Counted from the stretch's first letter, positions 34,276 to 46,354 are shown. The stretch is DNA of 64,000 nucleotides from an uncultured Actinomycetota bacterium (GCA_963844295.1 CAWJNR010000002.1:752374-816373), one strand, 5' to 3'. Translations and numbers: made by a program. Notes: generated from the sequence alone by a model not told the origin.

Positions 34276-35133
34276 GTGCCCGACGACCTCGACCTCCGCC
34301 TGGCCGCCCTGCACGGAGCGCTGGGCGAGGTGGACGGGCTGCTGGTCGCCTTCTCCGGCGGCGCCGACAGCGCGTTCCTGCTCGCCGCGGCGGTCCGCGC
34401 TCTGGGGCCGGAGCGGGTCGTCGCCGCCACCGCGGTGAGCGCCTCGCTGGCCGCCGACGAGCTGCCGGCAGCGCAGGCCCTGGCCGCCTCGCTCGGCGTG
34501 CGGCACGTGACGCCGGAGACCGACGAGCTGTCGCGCGAGGGCTACGTCGCGAACGGCGCCGACCGCTGCTTCCACTGCAAGGCGACCCTGCTGGACGCGC
34601 TGCGGCCGCTGGCCGCGGCGCTCGGGCTGGCGGCGGTCGCCACCGGCACGAACGCCGACGACGCGGTCGCGGGCTTCCGCCCCGGCATCCGCGCTGCCGC
34701 CGAGCGCGGTGCGCTCACGCCGCTGCTCGACGCCGGGCTCACCAAGGCCGACGTCCGCGAGGCCTCCCGGCGGTGGGGCCTCGCGACCGCCGACAAGCCC
34801 GCGCTGGCCTGCCTCGCGAGCCGCATCGCGTACGGCCTGCAGGTGACGCCGGCCGGGCTGGCGCGCGTCGACCGCGCCGAGCGGGCGCTGCGGGCCCACC
34901 TCGGGCAGGTGGTCGACCTGCGGGTGCGCGACCTCGGCGAGGGGAGGGCGCGGGTCGAGCTCGACCCGGCGGCGCTGCGGCGCTGCGGCCCGAGCGCGCT
35001 CGACGTCGTGCGCAGGGAGGGCTTCGGCGACGTGACCGCGCGGGAGTTCCGCTCCGGCTCGATGAACGCCGGGCTAGCGCTCGCGCCGTCGGGTGCGGGC
35101 GCCGCGCAGCAGCCCGACCAGGGCCAGCCCTAG
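34276..35133 (+). CDS. larE: LarE-like ATP-dependent sulfur transferase
   Basis: PP-loop SGGADS, RCFHCK, GTNADD, RPG, CLASRIAYG, FRSGSMN. Confidence 0.88.
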   Translation: MPDDLDLRLAALHGALGEVDGLLVAFSGGADSAFLLAAAVRALGPERVVAATAVSASLAADELPAAQALAASLGVRHVTPETDELSREGYVANGADRCFHCKATLLDALRPLAAALGLAAVATGTNADDAVAGFRPGIRAAAERGALTPLLDAGLTKADVREASRRWGLATADKPALACLASRIAYGLQVTPAGLARVDRAERALRAHLGQVVDLRVRDLGEGRARVELDPAALRRCGPSALDVVRREGFGDVTAREFRSGSMNAGLALAPSGAGAAQQPDQGQP

Positions 35134-35313
35134 GCCGACCGGCATCAGCGAGGCGACCAGGGTCGTCCACAGGGGCGCGTCGTCGCGGCCCAGGAGGAAC
35201 GGCACCAGCACTGCCAGGACGCCCAGCACCCCGATGCCGAACAGCACGGCCCCGGCGCGCACGAGCCGCTCCCCGGGCGCGGACTGCGCCGGAGCGGCGT
35301 GACGGGCCGTCAT
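35074..35313 (-). CDS. small two-TM membrane protein
   Basis: Two hydrophobic helices; lies divergent from the cold-shock gene. Confidence 0.6.
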   Translation of the reverse strand: MTARHAAPAQSAPGERLVRAGAVLFGIGVLGVLAVLVPFLLGRDDAPLWTTLVASLMPVGLGLALVGLLRGARTRRRER

Positions 35314-35393
35314 GCCCGCGAGCGTACGGGCCGGGTGCTGCGGTCGCGACGTAGCCTGGGAGGCGTCCCGCCCCTGCGACTCGACGAGGTCCC

Positions 35394-35777
35394 GTGCCCA
35401 CCGGCAAGGTCAAGTTCTACGACAAGGACAAGGGCTTCGGCTTCGTGTCCCGCGACGACGGCGGCGACGTCTTCGTCCCGTCCTCCGCCCTGCCCGCGGG
35501 CGTCGAGGAGCTCAAGGCCGGTGCCCGCGTCGAGTTCGGCGTCGCCGCCGGCAAGCGCGGCGAGCAGGCGCTGTCGCTGACCGTGCTCGACGCCCCGCCG
35601 ACGCTCGCGACCGCGCGCCGGCCGGCCGACGAGCTGCAGGGCATGGTCGAGGACCTCATCAAGCTGCTCGAGGCCAAGGTGCAGCCGTCGCTGCGCCGCG
35701 GGAAGCACCCCGACCGCGACACCGGCAAGCGGGTCGCCCTCGTGATGCGCGCGATCGCGAGCGAGCTCGAGGGCTGA
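35394..35777 (+). CDS. cold-shock domain protein (actinobacterial long form)
   Basis: [17 protein letters not shown]...DVFV. Confidence 0.92.
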   Translation: MPTGKVKFYDKDKGFGFVSRDDGGDVFVPSSALPAGVEELKAGARVEFGVAAGKRGEQALSLTVLDAPPTLATARRPADELQGMVEDLIKLLEAKVQPSLRRGKHPDRDTGKRVALVMRAIASELEG

Positions 35778-35784
35778 CGGTCCG

Positions 35785-36288
35785 CTAGGAGCGCGGGACC
35801 AGCCGGAAGCGCCACTCACCGGTCGGGATGCTGACCGGCAGCCCCTGCTCGTCCAGGCGCGGTTCGCCGTTCTCGTCGAGAGCGGGCTCGACGGTCTGCA
35901 CGCGGACGTCGTAGCCGGCCGGTGAGAGGTTCGGCGCGGTGAAGCTGAAGTAGTGGTCTGTCTCGAGCTGCCCGGTCCGCTGGGTCTGCACCTGGCCGGT
36001 CGGGTCGATGAGCGTGAGCTCCCAGCCGCGGTCGGCGACCTCCTTGGCCACGTCGACGCCCACGACCTCGCCCGGCCGGGTGCTGAGCTCGACGACGTCC
36101 GTCGCGCGCTCGGGGCAGCCCTCCTCGAGGGTGCGGTCCTCGTCGAAGCAGAACGCCGCGGCCTCGGAGTAGACGCTCTCCCCGGCGCTGACCAGCGTGA
36201 CGATCGGCGCGGGCTTCTCGCAGGCGGTCAGGGCCGCGAGCGCGAAGGTCGCGGACCCTGCCGCGAGCAGTCGTCGGCGGGCGGTCAT
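35785..36288 (-). CDS. lipoprotein (DUF2771-like)
   Basis: Lipobox LTAC-EKPAP; VGVDV...ADRGW. Confidence 0.7.
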   Translation of the reverse strand: MTARRRLLAAGSATFALAALTACEKPAPIVTLVSAGESVYSEAAAFCFDEDRTLEEGCPERATDVVELSTRPGEVVGVDVAKEVADRGWELTLIDPTGQVQTQRTGQLETDHYFSFTAPNLSPAGYDVRVQTVEPALDENGEPRLDEQGLPVSIPTGEWRFRLVPRS

Positions 36289-36333
36289 CGGTGCTCCGAG
36301 TCTGTCGGTGGCGGAGTCTGGGAGACTCGTCGG

Positions 36334-37347
36334 GTGCCAGGAATTGGACGCAGGCTGTCGGCCGTCGGGAAGAAGGTATCCGGCGTGCTCGCGGCCGTGC
36401 GCGACGAGGCCCTCGGGCCACCTGCCGAGGACGACGTCCCGGCTGCCACCACCGCCACCCAGGAGCCCCCCGCCGTGACCCCCAGCGACACGACCGACGT
36501 CGAGCCGACGCCCGCCACCGAGCAGGCGCCCTCCGTCGACGAGGTCTGCGCCGCGGCCGTCGACCTGGCCCGCACCGCCGCGGTCGAGGTCGCCGGCAGC
36601 TCGGTCGGCGACCACCTCGGGGTCGAGGCCGAGCCTGCAGCCCCCGGCGGTGGCGCCGTCGTGACGCACTCCTTCGCCACCACCGACCCGGCGTACGACG
36701 GCTGGCGCTGGGCCGTCGTCGTCGCCCGCGCCGACGGCGCCGAGCAGGTCACCGTCGACGAGGTCGTTCTGCTGCCCGGCGGCGGCGCCCTGCTCGCCCC
36801 GGCGTGGGTGCCGTGGAGCGAGCGCGTGCAGCCCGGCGACCTGTCGCCCGGCGACCTGCTGCCGCCGGCCGAGGACGACCCGCGCCTGGTCCCGTCCTAC
36901 GCCGACGTGGAGGCCGAGCGGCTGCCGTTCGAGCTGCACCGAGAGCTGGGCCTCGGCCGCCCGCGGGTGCTGTCCCTGGACGGCCGCGCCGATGCTGCCG
37001 AGCGCTGGTACGAGGGGCCGGCCGGGCCGGACGCCCCGATGGCGAAGGCCGCCCCCGGGCGGTGCGCCGACTGCGGCTTCCTCGCGCCGATGGCAGGCGC
37101 TCTCGGGACGGTCTTCGGGGCCTGCGCCAACGCGATGGCTCCCGATGACGGCCGCGTCGTCGCCCTCCTGCACGGGTGCGGCGCGCACAGCGAGACGGTG
37201 GTGGACAACCCCGAGTCCAGCTACGCCGGCATGGCGGTGGAGGACGACGAGTTCGAGGTGGTCAGCACCGTCGACGTGCCCGAGGACGCCACCGTCCCCG
37301 GCACCGAGGAGCCGGTGCTCGACGAGGTCGCGCCCGAGGACGCCTGA
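36334..37347 (+). CDS. DUF3027 domain protein (start may be 36475)
   Basis: Y.GWRWAV, LLAPAWVPWSER, CADCGF, FGACAN, HGCGAHSE. Confidence 0.88.
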   Translation: MPGIGRRLSAVGKKVSGVLAAVRDEALGPPAEDDVPAATTATQEPPAVTPSDTTDVEPTPATEQAPSVDEVCAAAVDLARTAAVEVAGSSVGDHLGVEAEPAAPGGGAVVTHSFATTDPAYDGWRWAVVVARADGAEQVTVDEVVLLPGGGALLAPAWVPWSERVQPGDLSPGDLLPPAEDDPRLVPSYADVEAERLPFELHRELGLGRPRVLSLDGRADAAERWYEGPAGPDAPMAKAAPGRCADCGFLAPMAGALGTVFGACANAMAPDDGRVVALLHGCGAHSETVVDNPESSYAGMAVEDDEFEVVSTVDVPEDATVPGTEEPVLDEVAPEDA

Positions 37348-37350
37348 CCG

Positions 37351-37813
37351 TCAGACGCCGTCGGACAGGCCGGCCGCACCGCCGGCCGCACCGGTGCCGC
37401 GCGCGATCCCGGTCAGATCTCCGGCGCACCCTGCCAGCGGCGACTCCTCGGCCGCCCCGGCGCGGCGGGCGTGGGCGGCCTGGGCGAGCAGCTGCTCGCG
37501 CACGACGGGTGCGCCCTGAGCCCGGCTGCCCTCCAGCGCCGCCGCAGCCGCCTCCAGCACCTCGGCCGGCTGCGAGCGCTTGACGTACGGGTTGAGCGCG
37601 AGCACCGGCGCGAAGGCCCTGGTGCGGTCCGTCGCCGTGGCCCAGAGCATGGCGGTGCCCCCACCGCTCGACGCCCGCGTGGCCGGCGGCCGGCCCGAGG
37701 CCCGCGAGCGCTGCGCGCAGGCCGGCGGCGGTGCCCGCAGCGTCGACCGCCACGTCGGCCAGGCGCGTGCCCGCGCCGGCGACGAGCTCGGGTCGTACGG
37801 CGAAGCCCGTCAC
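37351..37813 (-). CDS. Ala-rich hypothetical protein, frameshifted
   Basis: GGAGG ribosome-binding site before GTG; TGFAVRPEL... continues in a shifted frame to 37351. Confidence 0.4.
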
Positions 37814-37887
37814 GGGCGCCTCCCTCCGGTCCGGGGCGACCCTAGGAGGCGGTCCGGACGGCTGCCGGGGTTGTCCACAGACCGGGC

Positions 37888-38184
37888 TCAGGGGCTTGCG
37901 CCCGGCTCGATCCCGGCCTCCCAGCGTGCGCGCCGCTGCTCGCTGGTCTGCTCCCACCAGGGGGTGCCGCGCTCGCCGAGGGCGGTCTTGGCGCGCTGCA
38001 CGCGGTCGCGGGCGGCGCGCTCGGCGACCGGGTCCTGCGCCCTCAGCGCGGCGCCGACGGCCCGCCGCGCGCTCATGAGCTGGCGGCGCAGCACGGCGGC
38101 GACGTCCTCCGGCAGCTCGGGGTCGGTGGCCCGCCAGCGCCGCCCCTCGATCACGACGTACCGGCCGTCCGGGGTCCGCTCCAC
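37888..38184 (-). CDS. conserved hypothetical protein
   Basis: TPDGRYVVIEGRRWRATDP...LGERGTPWW. Confidence 0.75.
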   Translation of the reverse strand: MERTPDGRYVVIEGRRWRATDPELPEDVAAVLRRQLMSARRAVGAALRAQDPVAERAARDRVQRAKTALGERGTPWWEQTSEQRRARWEAGIEPGASP

Positions 38185-38272
38185 CGATCCCTCGTACCCC
38201 CGACCCCCCGGTGATCAACGCCGTGTTGCGCACGCCCTGGAGCCCCTCCGTGCGTACGGAAGGCGGCGTCGA

Positions 38273-38860
38273 TCAGCGGGAGGTGGTGCGGAGCACCCAG
38301 CCGGCGGCGACGACGTGCCACACGTCGACCACGCCCAGCCCGGCGCGCTGCAGCGCGCCGCTGCCGACGTCGAGCGCGACGGTCCCGACCAGGCAGGCCG
38401 CGCTGAGCAGGCCGACGGCGACCGACGCCGTCGCCGCCCGTCGACAGCCCTGCCGCCGCAGCGGCCCGGCGGCGAGCAGCGGCGTGGCCGCCATCGCGAC
38501 GTAGCCGAGGGACGCCGCCACCGCGTGCAGCAGGTCCTGGGTCCCGCCCGGCTCGCGCGTCAGCGGGAGGGCGGCCACGGCGAGCGTGGCCAGCCCCGCC
38601 ACCGCCGCGGCGGTCGCAACCGCCCGGCTGCGCAGCACGCGCCCGAGCACGACGGCCCACACGGGCACGAGCAGCCCGAAGCCGACCAGCCCCGCGGTCA
38701 TGAGCACCCGGGTCGACGCCCCCTCGCGGGCCAGCTGGCTGATCGCCTGCTCCACCGGGTCGTAGCCGTCCCGGACGAGCCCGCCCACCACCCACGCCCC
38801 GACGAAGGCGACCGGGCCGGCGATCCCGCACAGCGCGCCGACGGTGCGGGGGACGGCCAC
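38273..38860 (-). CDS. DUF998 membrane protein
   Basis: GYDPVEQAISQLA, LH..AA, GALQR. Confidence 0.8.
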   Translation of the reverse strand: MAVPRTVGALCGIAGPVAFVGAWVVGGLVRDGYDPVEQAISQLAREGASTRVLMTAGLVGFGLLVPVWAVVLGRVLRSRAVATAAAVAGLATLAVAALPLTREPGGTQDLLHAVAASLGYVAMAATPLLAAGPLRRQGCRRAATASVAVGLLSAACLVGTVALDVGSGALQRAGLGVVDVWHVVAAGWVLRTTSR

Positions 38861-38932
38861 GGCGCAGGCTCCCACGCGCAGGGCGGGCCCCCCGCCCGAG
38901 CAGCCGGAGCGGCGGCGGGGGACACTGTGACC

Positions 38933-39112
38933 ATGGCCACTCCGACTGCCCCCACGCACGACGCCGTCATCGCCGCGACCCTGCAGCACCACGAGCTCGA
39001 GCGGTGGCGGGCGGCGCAGACCGTCCGGGCCCACATCGCACCGGACGACGGCCAGGACGCGATGCTCGACTGCCTCGGCCTGCTCGACCTCGTCCCGCCG
39101 CGCAGCAGCTAG
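38933..39112 (+). CDS. small hypothetical protein
   Basis: MATPTAP...MLDCLGLLD; plausible codon usage. Confidence 0.5.
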   Translation: MATPTAPTHDAVIAATLQHHELERWRAAQTVRAHIAPDDGQDAMLDCLGLLDLVPPRSS

Positions 39113-39130
39113 GACGTCCCCGTACGCAGA

Positions 39131-39161
39131 CGGCGCCGGCCCCCCGAGGGGACCGGCGCCG
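39131..39161. terminator. hairpin between convergent genes
   Basis: CGGCGCCGGCCCC-CGA-GGGGACCGGCGCCG-type inverted repeat. Confidence 0.65.
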
Positions 39162-39173
39162 ACGACGTGCTGC

Positions 39174-40601
<1,428 letters not shown>

Positions 40602-40611
40602 GTCAGGTCTC

Positions 40612-42615
40612 CTAGGCCGCGGGGGCGTCGTCGAGGGCCTTCTCGGCCGATACGGGGAGGGCGCTTTCGTCGCGCTTGCCGCTGATGTGCTCGGCGGTGC
40701 GGTGGGCGAGGGCCATGCAGGTCAGCATCGGGTTGGCGCCGGACGGCGTCGGGAAGGCGCTGGTGTCACCGATCCAGACGCCGGCGACGTCGTGCAGCTC
40801 CCCGGTCGGCTGCGCCACGGAGGTGGCCGGGTCGGTGCCCATGCGGGCGCTGCCCATCTGGTGCGCCGAGCCCATGAACAGCCCGCCGGCGCCGATGTGC
40901 ATCTGGTCGAGCTCGTCGCACCACGCGTCGACGTCCTCGCCGCGCTTCCAGACCCGCGGCGTCGCGCCGAACCACAGCTCCTCGGCGCCGGCCGCCTCGT
41001 GCAGCTTCGCCATGACCCGCAGGCCCTTCCGGTACGCCGCGACGTCGCGCTCGTCGGTGAGCGCGTAGGTGTGGACGGCCTCGCCGTCCTCATCGATGGT
41101 GACCTGGCCGCCCTGGTGGTCGCGCAGGACGAACAGGAAGTCCGCCATGCGGCCGAGCTTGCTCATCGCCTCCTTGGCCTGCGCCCCGTCGCGGCGGGCG
41201 AGCTGGAAGGCGAACACGCCGGTGTAGTACTGGGAGCCCTCGACGAGGAGGCCGTAGCCGTCGCCGAGGTCGCGGAACTCGTCCACGACGGCGGCCTGCG
41301 GCGGCCCCCACCAGGCCCGCTGGTCCTCGGCGTAGACGCCGAAGATGCCGGCGCTCGGGTGCAGGTAGAGGTTCTGGCCGACGGCCGGGCCGCCGATGCC
41401 CGAGCGCAGCAGCAGCGCCGGCGTCTCGAGCGCGCCGCACGCGACGACGACGTCGGGTGCGGTCACCTGCACCCGGCGGGTCTCGCCGGTCTCGGGGTCG
41501 GTCCAGGTCGCGGCGACGCCGCAGGCCCGACCGTCCTCGGTGCAGACCTGGTCGGCCTTCGTGCTCGCGAGGATGACCGCACCGTGGTCGAAGGCGTCGC
41601 GCAGGTAGGTGTTCAGCGTGCCCGTCTTGCTGCCGCTCGGGTCGCCGAACTGCGTGTAGCCCGCGGCCACCGGGTCGTAGGTGTCCTTGTCGACGTTGCG
41701 CACCGCGGTGTGCCAGGACCAGCCGAGAGCCTCTGCGCCCTCGACGATCCGCTGGTGCGGACCGTTGAGGTCGGAGCACTCGGCGTTGGCCCCCATCCGC
41801 GCGAGCACCGCCTCGAGGTGGCGGTCGAACTCGGGGGAGTCGACGTCGGTGAGGCCGTGCTCGCCCGCCCACTCCTTGCGGACGGCGTCGCTGGGCTTCA
41901 CGCAGTTGTGCCAGTTGATCGTCGTGCCGCCGCCGAGCGTCGCGCCGGCGAGCAGGCCGATGTTGCCGTCGGCGGAGACCGCGATCCCCCCGCGGTACAT
42001 CATCGTCTGGCTCGCCTCGAGCTCGAGCTGGCGGTAGTCGCGCTCGCTGGTGGCGCGGCCCGCCTCGAGCACGACGACCCTCTTGCCCTGCGCGGCGAGC
42101 ACTCCGGCGATGGTGCCGCCGCCCGCGCCCGAGCCGACGACCACCACGTCGGCCTCGAGCACCTCGCCGTCGACCGGCACGTGCGGCGTGATGTACGGCG
42201 CGGTGTCGGGCGGTGTGATCACGGGGCCCGGGTAGCCGTACTGCGGCCAGAACGGGTTGCGGCCGTGCTCGTCGGTGATGGAGTGCGCCAGCAGGCAGCT
42301 CGCCCCGCGCAGCGTCGAGATGGCGACCAGCGCCTCGGGCGCCAGTGCCATGGCGGTGCCGAGCATGCCCTCGCGGGTCTTGCGGCCCTGGTGCTGGAAG
42401 CCGAGCATCGCCAGTCCGTCCAGCAGCTGCGCGATGCCGGCCTGGTCGGCCTCGCTCATGTCGGCCAGCGCCTGCTCGAGCCCCTGGTCGACGCCGACGG
42501 CGGTGCCGGGCAGCGCCCAGAAGCCGTGCGGGTCGTCCTCGACCGGGAGGGAGGGGACGGCGGTGTCCACGAGCGCGCGGAGGACCTCGCGCTGGACGGG
42601 GGTCAGCTCAGCCAC
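40612..42615 (-). CDS. GMC oxidoreductase (long-chain alcohol oxidase-like)
   Basis: GSGAGG, GATLGGGTTIN, SAHQMGS, FPT.SGANPM. Confidence 0.88.
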   Translation of the reverse strand: MAELTPVQREVLRALVDTAVPSLPVEDDPHGFWALPGTAVGVDQGLEQALADMSEADQAGIAQLLDGLAMLGFQHQGRKTREGMLGTAMALAPEALVAISTLRGASCLLAHSITDEHGRNPFWPQYGYPGPVITPPDTAPYITPHVPVDGEVLEADVVVVGSGAGGGTIAGVLAAQGKRVVVLEAGRATSERDYRQLELEASQTMMYRGGIAVSADGNIGLLAGATLGGGTTINWHNCVKPSDAVRKEWAGEHGLTDVDSPEFDRHLEAVLARMGANAECSDLNGPHQRIVEGAEALGWSWHTAVRNVDKDTYDPVAAGYTQFGDPSGSKTGTLNTYLRDAFDHGAVILASTKADQVCTEDGRACGVAATWTDPETGETRRVQVTAPDVVVACGALETPALLLRSGIGGPAVGQNLYLHPSAGIFGVYAEDQRAWWGPPQAAVVDEFRDLGDGYGLLVEGSQYYTGVFAFQLARRDGAQAKEAMSKLGRMADFLFVLRDHQGGQVTIDEDGEAVHTYALTDERDVAAYRKGLRVMAKLHEAAGAEELWFGATPRVWKRGEDVDAWCDELDQMHIGAGGLFMGSAHQMGSARMGTDPATSVAQPTGELHDVAGVWIGDTSAFPTPSGANPMLTCMALAHRTAEHISGKRDESALPVSAEKALDDAPAA

Positions 42616-42699
42616 GGACGGCTCCTGATCGGTGTGAGGTGGGACACGCACCGTACGCCGCGCCGCCTGACACGAGCAGCCCCGGTGTCAGGACCGGGT

Positions 42700-42966
42700 T
42701 CAGGAGGCCTGCGGGACGCCCCGGGCCCGGTCCCGCTCGATCGCCGCGTGCCGTCGCTGGCAGTAGCGGATGCCGAACAGCCCGAGAGCGATGCCGTAGC
42801 CGCACATCCCGAGCCACCAGCCGCTCACGTCGACGGCGTCGGTCGTGGCCAGGACGAGCAGGACGAGCAGGGTGGCGGCCCACGCGGCGGTGCCGATCGC
42901 GACGACCAGCACGTCGTCGGTCTCGAGCGGCGGCGGGTCGGGGCGGGCGATGCGGCGGCTCGGCAC
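42700..42966 (-). CDS. DUF2530 membrane protein
   Basis: PPPLE...VVAIGT.AW...WW.GMC..G..LG. Confidence 0.8.
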   Translation of the reverse strand: MPSRRIARPDPPPLETDDVLVVAIGTAAWAATLLVLLVLATTDAVDVSGWWLGMCGYGIALGLFGIRYCQRRHAAIERDRARGVPQAS

Positions 42967-43012
42967 GGCGCCACCGTACGCCCGGGGGTGGGCCCTCTGG
43001 CACCCTCTGCGC

Positions 43013-44473
43013 ATGACGACGCAGGAGTCCAGCCGCAGGGTCGGGGCCACGAGCCGCCTCGACCGCTACTTCATGATCAGCCAGCGCGGCTCCACGGTCC
43101 GGCAGGAGATCCGCGGCGGCGCCGCCACCTTCTTCACGATGGCCTACATCGTGGTGCTCAACCCGCTCATCATCGGGACCGTCCCCGACGCCGACGGCCG
43201 CGTGCTGGGCATCCCGCAGGTGGCCGCGGTGACGGCGCTGGTCGCCGCCGTCATGACCATCCTCATGGGCGTCATCGGCAAGTACCCGTTCGCCCTCGCG
43301 ACCGGCCTGGGGCTCAACGCGTTCGTGACCTTCTCGGTGGCCTCGCAGATGAGCTGGGCCGACGCGATGGGGCTCGTCGTGCTCGAGGGCGTCGTCATCG
43401 CGGTGCTGGTCCTCGTCGGCCTGCGCACGGCGGTGTTCAACGCGATCCCGTTCCAGCTCAAGACGGCGATCAGCGTCGGCATCGGCCTGTTCATCGCGCT
43501 GATCGGCCTGGTGGACGCAGGTTTCGTCCGGCGCACCGATGCGGGGCCGGTCCCGGTGCAGCTCGGCGTGGGCGGCGAGCTGCAGGGCTGGCCCACCCTG
43601 GTCTTCGTGTTCGGCCTGCTGCTGACCGCGGTCCTCGTCGCACGCAAGACGCGGGGCGCGATCCTCATCGGCATCGTCGTCACGACGCTGGTCGCCATGC
43701 TCGTCGAGGCGGTGTTCGACATCGGCCCGTCGTTCGTGTCGCCGGAGGAGAGCAACCCGAACGCGTGGCAGCTCAACGTCCCGACGCTGCCCGACTCGGT
43801 CTTCGACCTGCCCGATCTCTCGCTGCTCGGGGACTTCTCGCTGTTCGGCGGCTTCGCCCGCGTGGGTGTCGTGGCCGCCCTGCTGCTCGTCTTCACGCTC
43901 ATGCTGGCCGACTTCTTCGACACGATGGGCACCGTCGTGGGCGTCGGTCAGGAGGCGGACCTGCTCGACGAGGAGGGCCGCCTGCCCGGCGCCGACCGCG
44001 TGCTGCTGGTCGACTCCCTCGCCGCGGTCGCGGGCGGCGCAGCGTCCGCGTCGTCGAACACGACCTACATCGAGTCGGCCGCCGGGGTCGGCGACGGCGC
44101 GCGCACCGGGCTCGCGAGCGTGGTCACGGGGCTGCTGTTCCTCGGCGCGCTGCTCGTCACCCCGCTGGTCTCGGTCGTGCCGTTCGAGGCGGCCTCGCCC
44201 GCGCTGGTCATCGTCGGCTTCCTGCTGCTCACCCAGATCCGCAACATCGACTTCGACGACTACGCGATCGCCATCCCGGCCTTCCTCACGATCGTGCTCA
44301 TGCCCTTCACGTACTCGATCACCAACGGCATCGGCGCCGGCTTCATCAGCTACGCGCTGCTGAAGGCGACGCAGGGCAAGGCGCGCGAGGTGAGCCCGCT
44401 GCTGTGGGTCATCGCCGCGCTGTTCGTCGTCTACTTCGCCATCGAGCCGATCGAGACCGCGCTCATCGGCTAG
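43013..44473 (+). CDS. NCS2/AzgA-family nucleobase permease
   Basis: RGSTVRQE, TFFTMAYI, GLGLNAF, DFFDTMGT, YIESAAG. Confidence 0.93.
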   Translation: MTTQESSRRVGATSRLDRYFMISQRGSTVRQEIRGGAATFFTMAYIVVLNPLIIGTVPDADGRVLGIPQVAAVTALVAAVMTILMGVIGKYPFALATGLGLNAFVTFSVASQMSWADAMGLVVLEGVVIAVLVLVGLRTAVFNAIPFQLKTAISVGIGLFIALIGLVDAGFVRRTDAGPVPVQLGVGGELQGWPTLVFVFGLLLTAVLVARKTRGAILIGIVVTTLVAMLVEAVFDIGPSFVSPEESNPNAWQLNVPTLPDSVFDLPDLSLLGDFSLFGGFARVGVVAALLLVFTLMLADFFDTMGTVVGVGQEADLLDEEGRLPGADRVLLVDSLAAVAGGAASASSNTTYIESAAGVGDGARTGLASVVTGLLFLGALLVTPLVSVVPFEAASPALVIVGFLLLTQIRNIDFDDYAIAIPAFLTIVLMPFTYSITNGIGAGFISYALLKATQGKAREVSPLLWVIAALFVVYFAIEPIETALIG

Positions 44474-44512
44474 CCCGGAAACAGTTAGCGAGGCGAACGA
44501 CTTGCACGTGGT

Positions 44513-44941
44513 GTGCCTCCCGCCACCGACCCCGCGCTCGCCAGCGCCCTGCGCCTGGCGGTCATGCGGCTCGCGCGGCGGATGCGGTCGGAGCGCGCCG
44601 ACACCTCGCTGACGCTCACCCAGCTCGCCGCCCTCGCGACGCTGGAGCGGCACGGGCCGCTCACCCCTCGCGAGCTCGCCCAGGCAGAGCGCGTGCAGCC
44701 GCCGAGCATGACCCGCATCGCCGCGTCGCTGGAGGCCGCCGGCCTCGTCACGCGCACCGACCACCCGACCGACGGGCGGCAGGTCCTGCTGGCGGCCAGC
44801 CCGGCCGGGGTCGCGCTGCTGCGCGAGGACCGGCGCCGCCGCGAGGCCTGGCTCGCCCAGCGGCTGCGCGCGCTCGACCCGGCCGACCGCGAGGTGCTCG
44901 TCCGGGCCGCCGAGGTCCTCGACCGGCTGGCCAGCGAGTGA
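44513..44941 (+). CDS. MarR family regulator
   Basis: LTPRELAQAERVQPPSMTR...DGR. Confidence 0.9.
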   Translation: MPPATDPALASALRLAVMRLARRMRSERADTSLTLTQLAALATLERHGPLTPRELAQAERVQPPSMTRIAASLEAAGLVTRTDHPTDGRQVLLAASPAGVALLREDRRRREAWLAQRLRALDPADREVLVRAAEVLDRLASE

Positions 44942-46228
44942 GCCCCGTCGGCGGCACCTTCCGCTCGTTGCGCAACCGCAACTACCGGCTGTTCGCGACC
45001 GGCCAGGTCATCAGCCTGTCCGGCACCTGGGGCCAGCGGGTCGCGCAGGACTGGCTCGTCCTCGAGCTGTCCGGCAACTCCGGCGTCGCCCTCGGCATCA
45101 CCACCGGGCTGCAGTTCCTGCCGGTGCTGCTGTTCGGGCTGTACGGCGGCGTGCTCGCCGACCGCTACGACAAGCGCCGACTGCTGCTCGGCGCGCAGGC
45201 GGCGATGGGCCTGCTCGCGCTCCTGCTGGCGGTGCTCGACCTCACCGGCTCGGTCCAGCTGTGGCACGTCTACGCGCTGGCCTTCGGCCTCGGTCTCGCG
45301 TCGGTCGTGGACACCCCGGTGCGCCAGGCGTTCGTCAGCGAGATGGTGGGCCCCGACGACCTCCCCAACGCGGTCAGCCTGAACAGCGCGACCTTCAACA
45401 GCGCGCGCATCGTCGGCCCGGCCGTCGCCGGCATCGCCATCGCCGCCGTCGGCACCGGCTGGGTCTTCGCCGCCAACGCCCTGTCCTACGTCGCCGTGCT
45501 CGCCGGCCTGCGGGCCATGCGCGCGGCCGACCTGCGCCCGGTCGAGAAGCTCGCCCGGGCGAAGGGCCAGCTGCGCGAGGGGCTGGCGTACGTCCGGGCG
45601 CGGCCGGACCTGCTCGTGCCGATGGTGCTGGTCTTCATGGTCGGCACCTTCGGGCTCAACTTCCAGATCACGCTCGCCCTGGTGGTCAAGGAGGTGTTCG
45701 GCCGCGGCGCCGGCTCGTACGGCCTGCTGTCGGCCTGCCTGGCCGTCGGCTCGCTGGTCGGCGCGCTCGCCAGCGCCCGGCGGCGGGGACCGCCGCGGCA
45801 GCGCACGCTGTTCGCCGCGGTCCTCGTGTTCGGCCTGCTCGAGGTGCTCGTCGGGCCTCGCGCCGTCGTACGAGGTGATGGCGCTGCTGCTGGTGCCGAC
45901 CGGCGTCGCGGTGCTGACCTTCACCACGACGGCGAACTCGATCATCCAGCTGGGCAGCGCGCCCGAGGTCCGCGGCCGGGTGATGGCGCTCTACATCCTG
46001 GTCTTCCTCGGCGGCACCCCCGTGGGTGCGCCGCTGATCGGCGCGCTGGCCGAGGCGTTCGGCCCGCGCAGCAGCATCCTCGTGGGCGGCGTCGTCACCG
46101 CGCTGTCCGGGATCGTCGCGGCCGTCGTCATGACCCGCGTCCGGTCGCTGACCGTCCAGGCGCACCTGGTGCGCCGCCGCCCGCACGTGCACGTCCGCCG
46201 CCTCGACCTCGGCGTCAGCGAGGACTGA
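44938..46228 (+). CDS. MFS transporter, frameshift near 45860
   Basis: RNYRLF..GQ, AQDWLVL, GGVLADRYDKRR, NAVSLNS, RGRVMALY. Confidence 0.9.
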
Positions 46229-46354
46229 CGCCGGTTCGCCGCCGCACCGGTCCGCCGTGGAGCCCTCCATCCGGTTGCTGACCGCCTGGAAGCCGTACGG
46301 AGGGTTCCGCACGACGCGGGGTGGGCAGAGCACAGCGGGCCGGCGCTGGCGGCG

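Noticed and set aside
44484-44498. Imperfect palindrome GTTAGC-GAG-GCGAAC before the MarR gene
   Set aside because: Plausible autoregulatory site, but too short and imperfect to support from the sequence alone.
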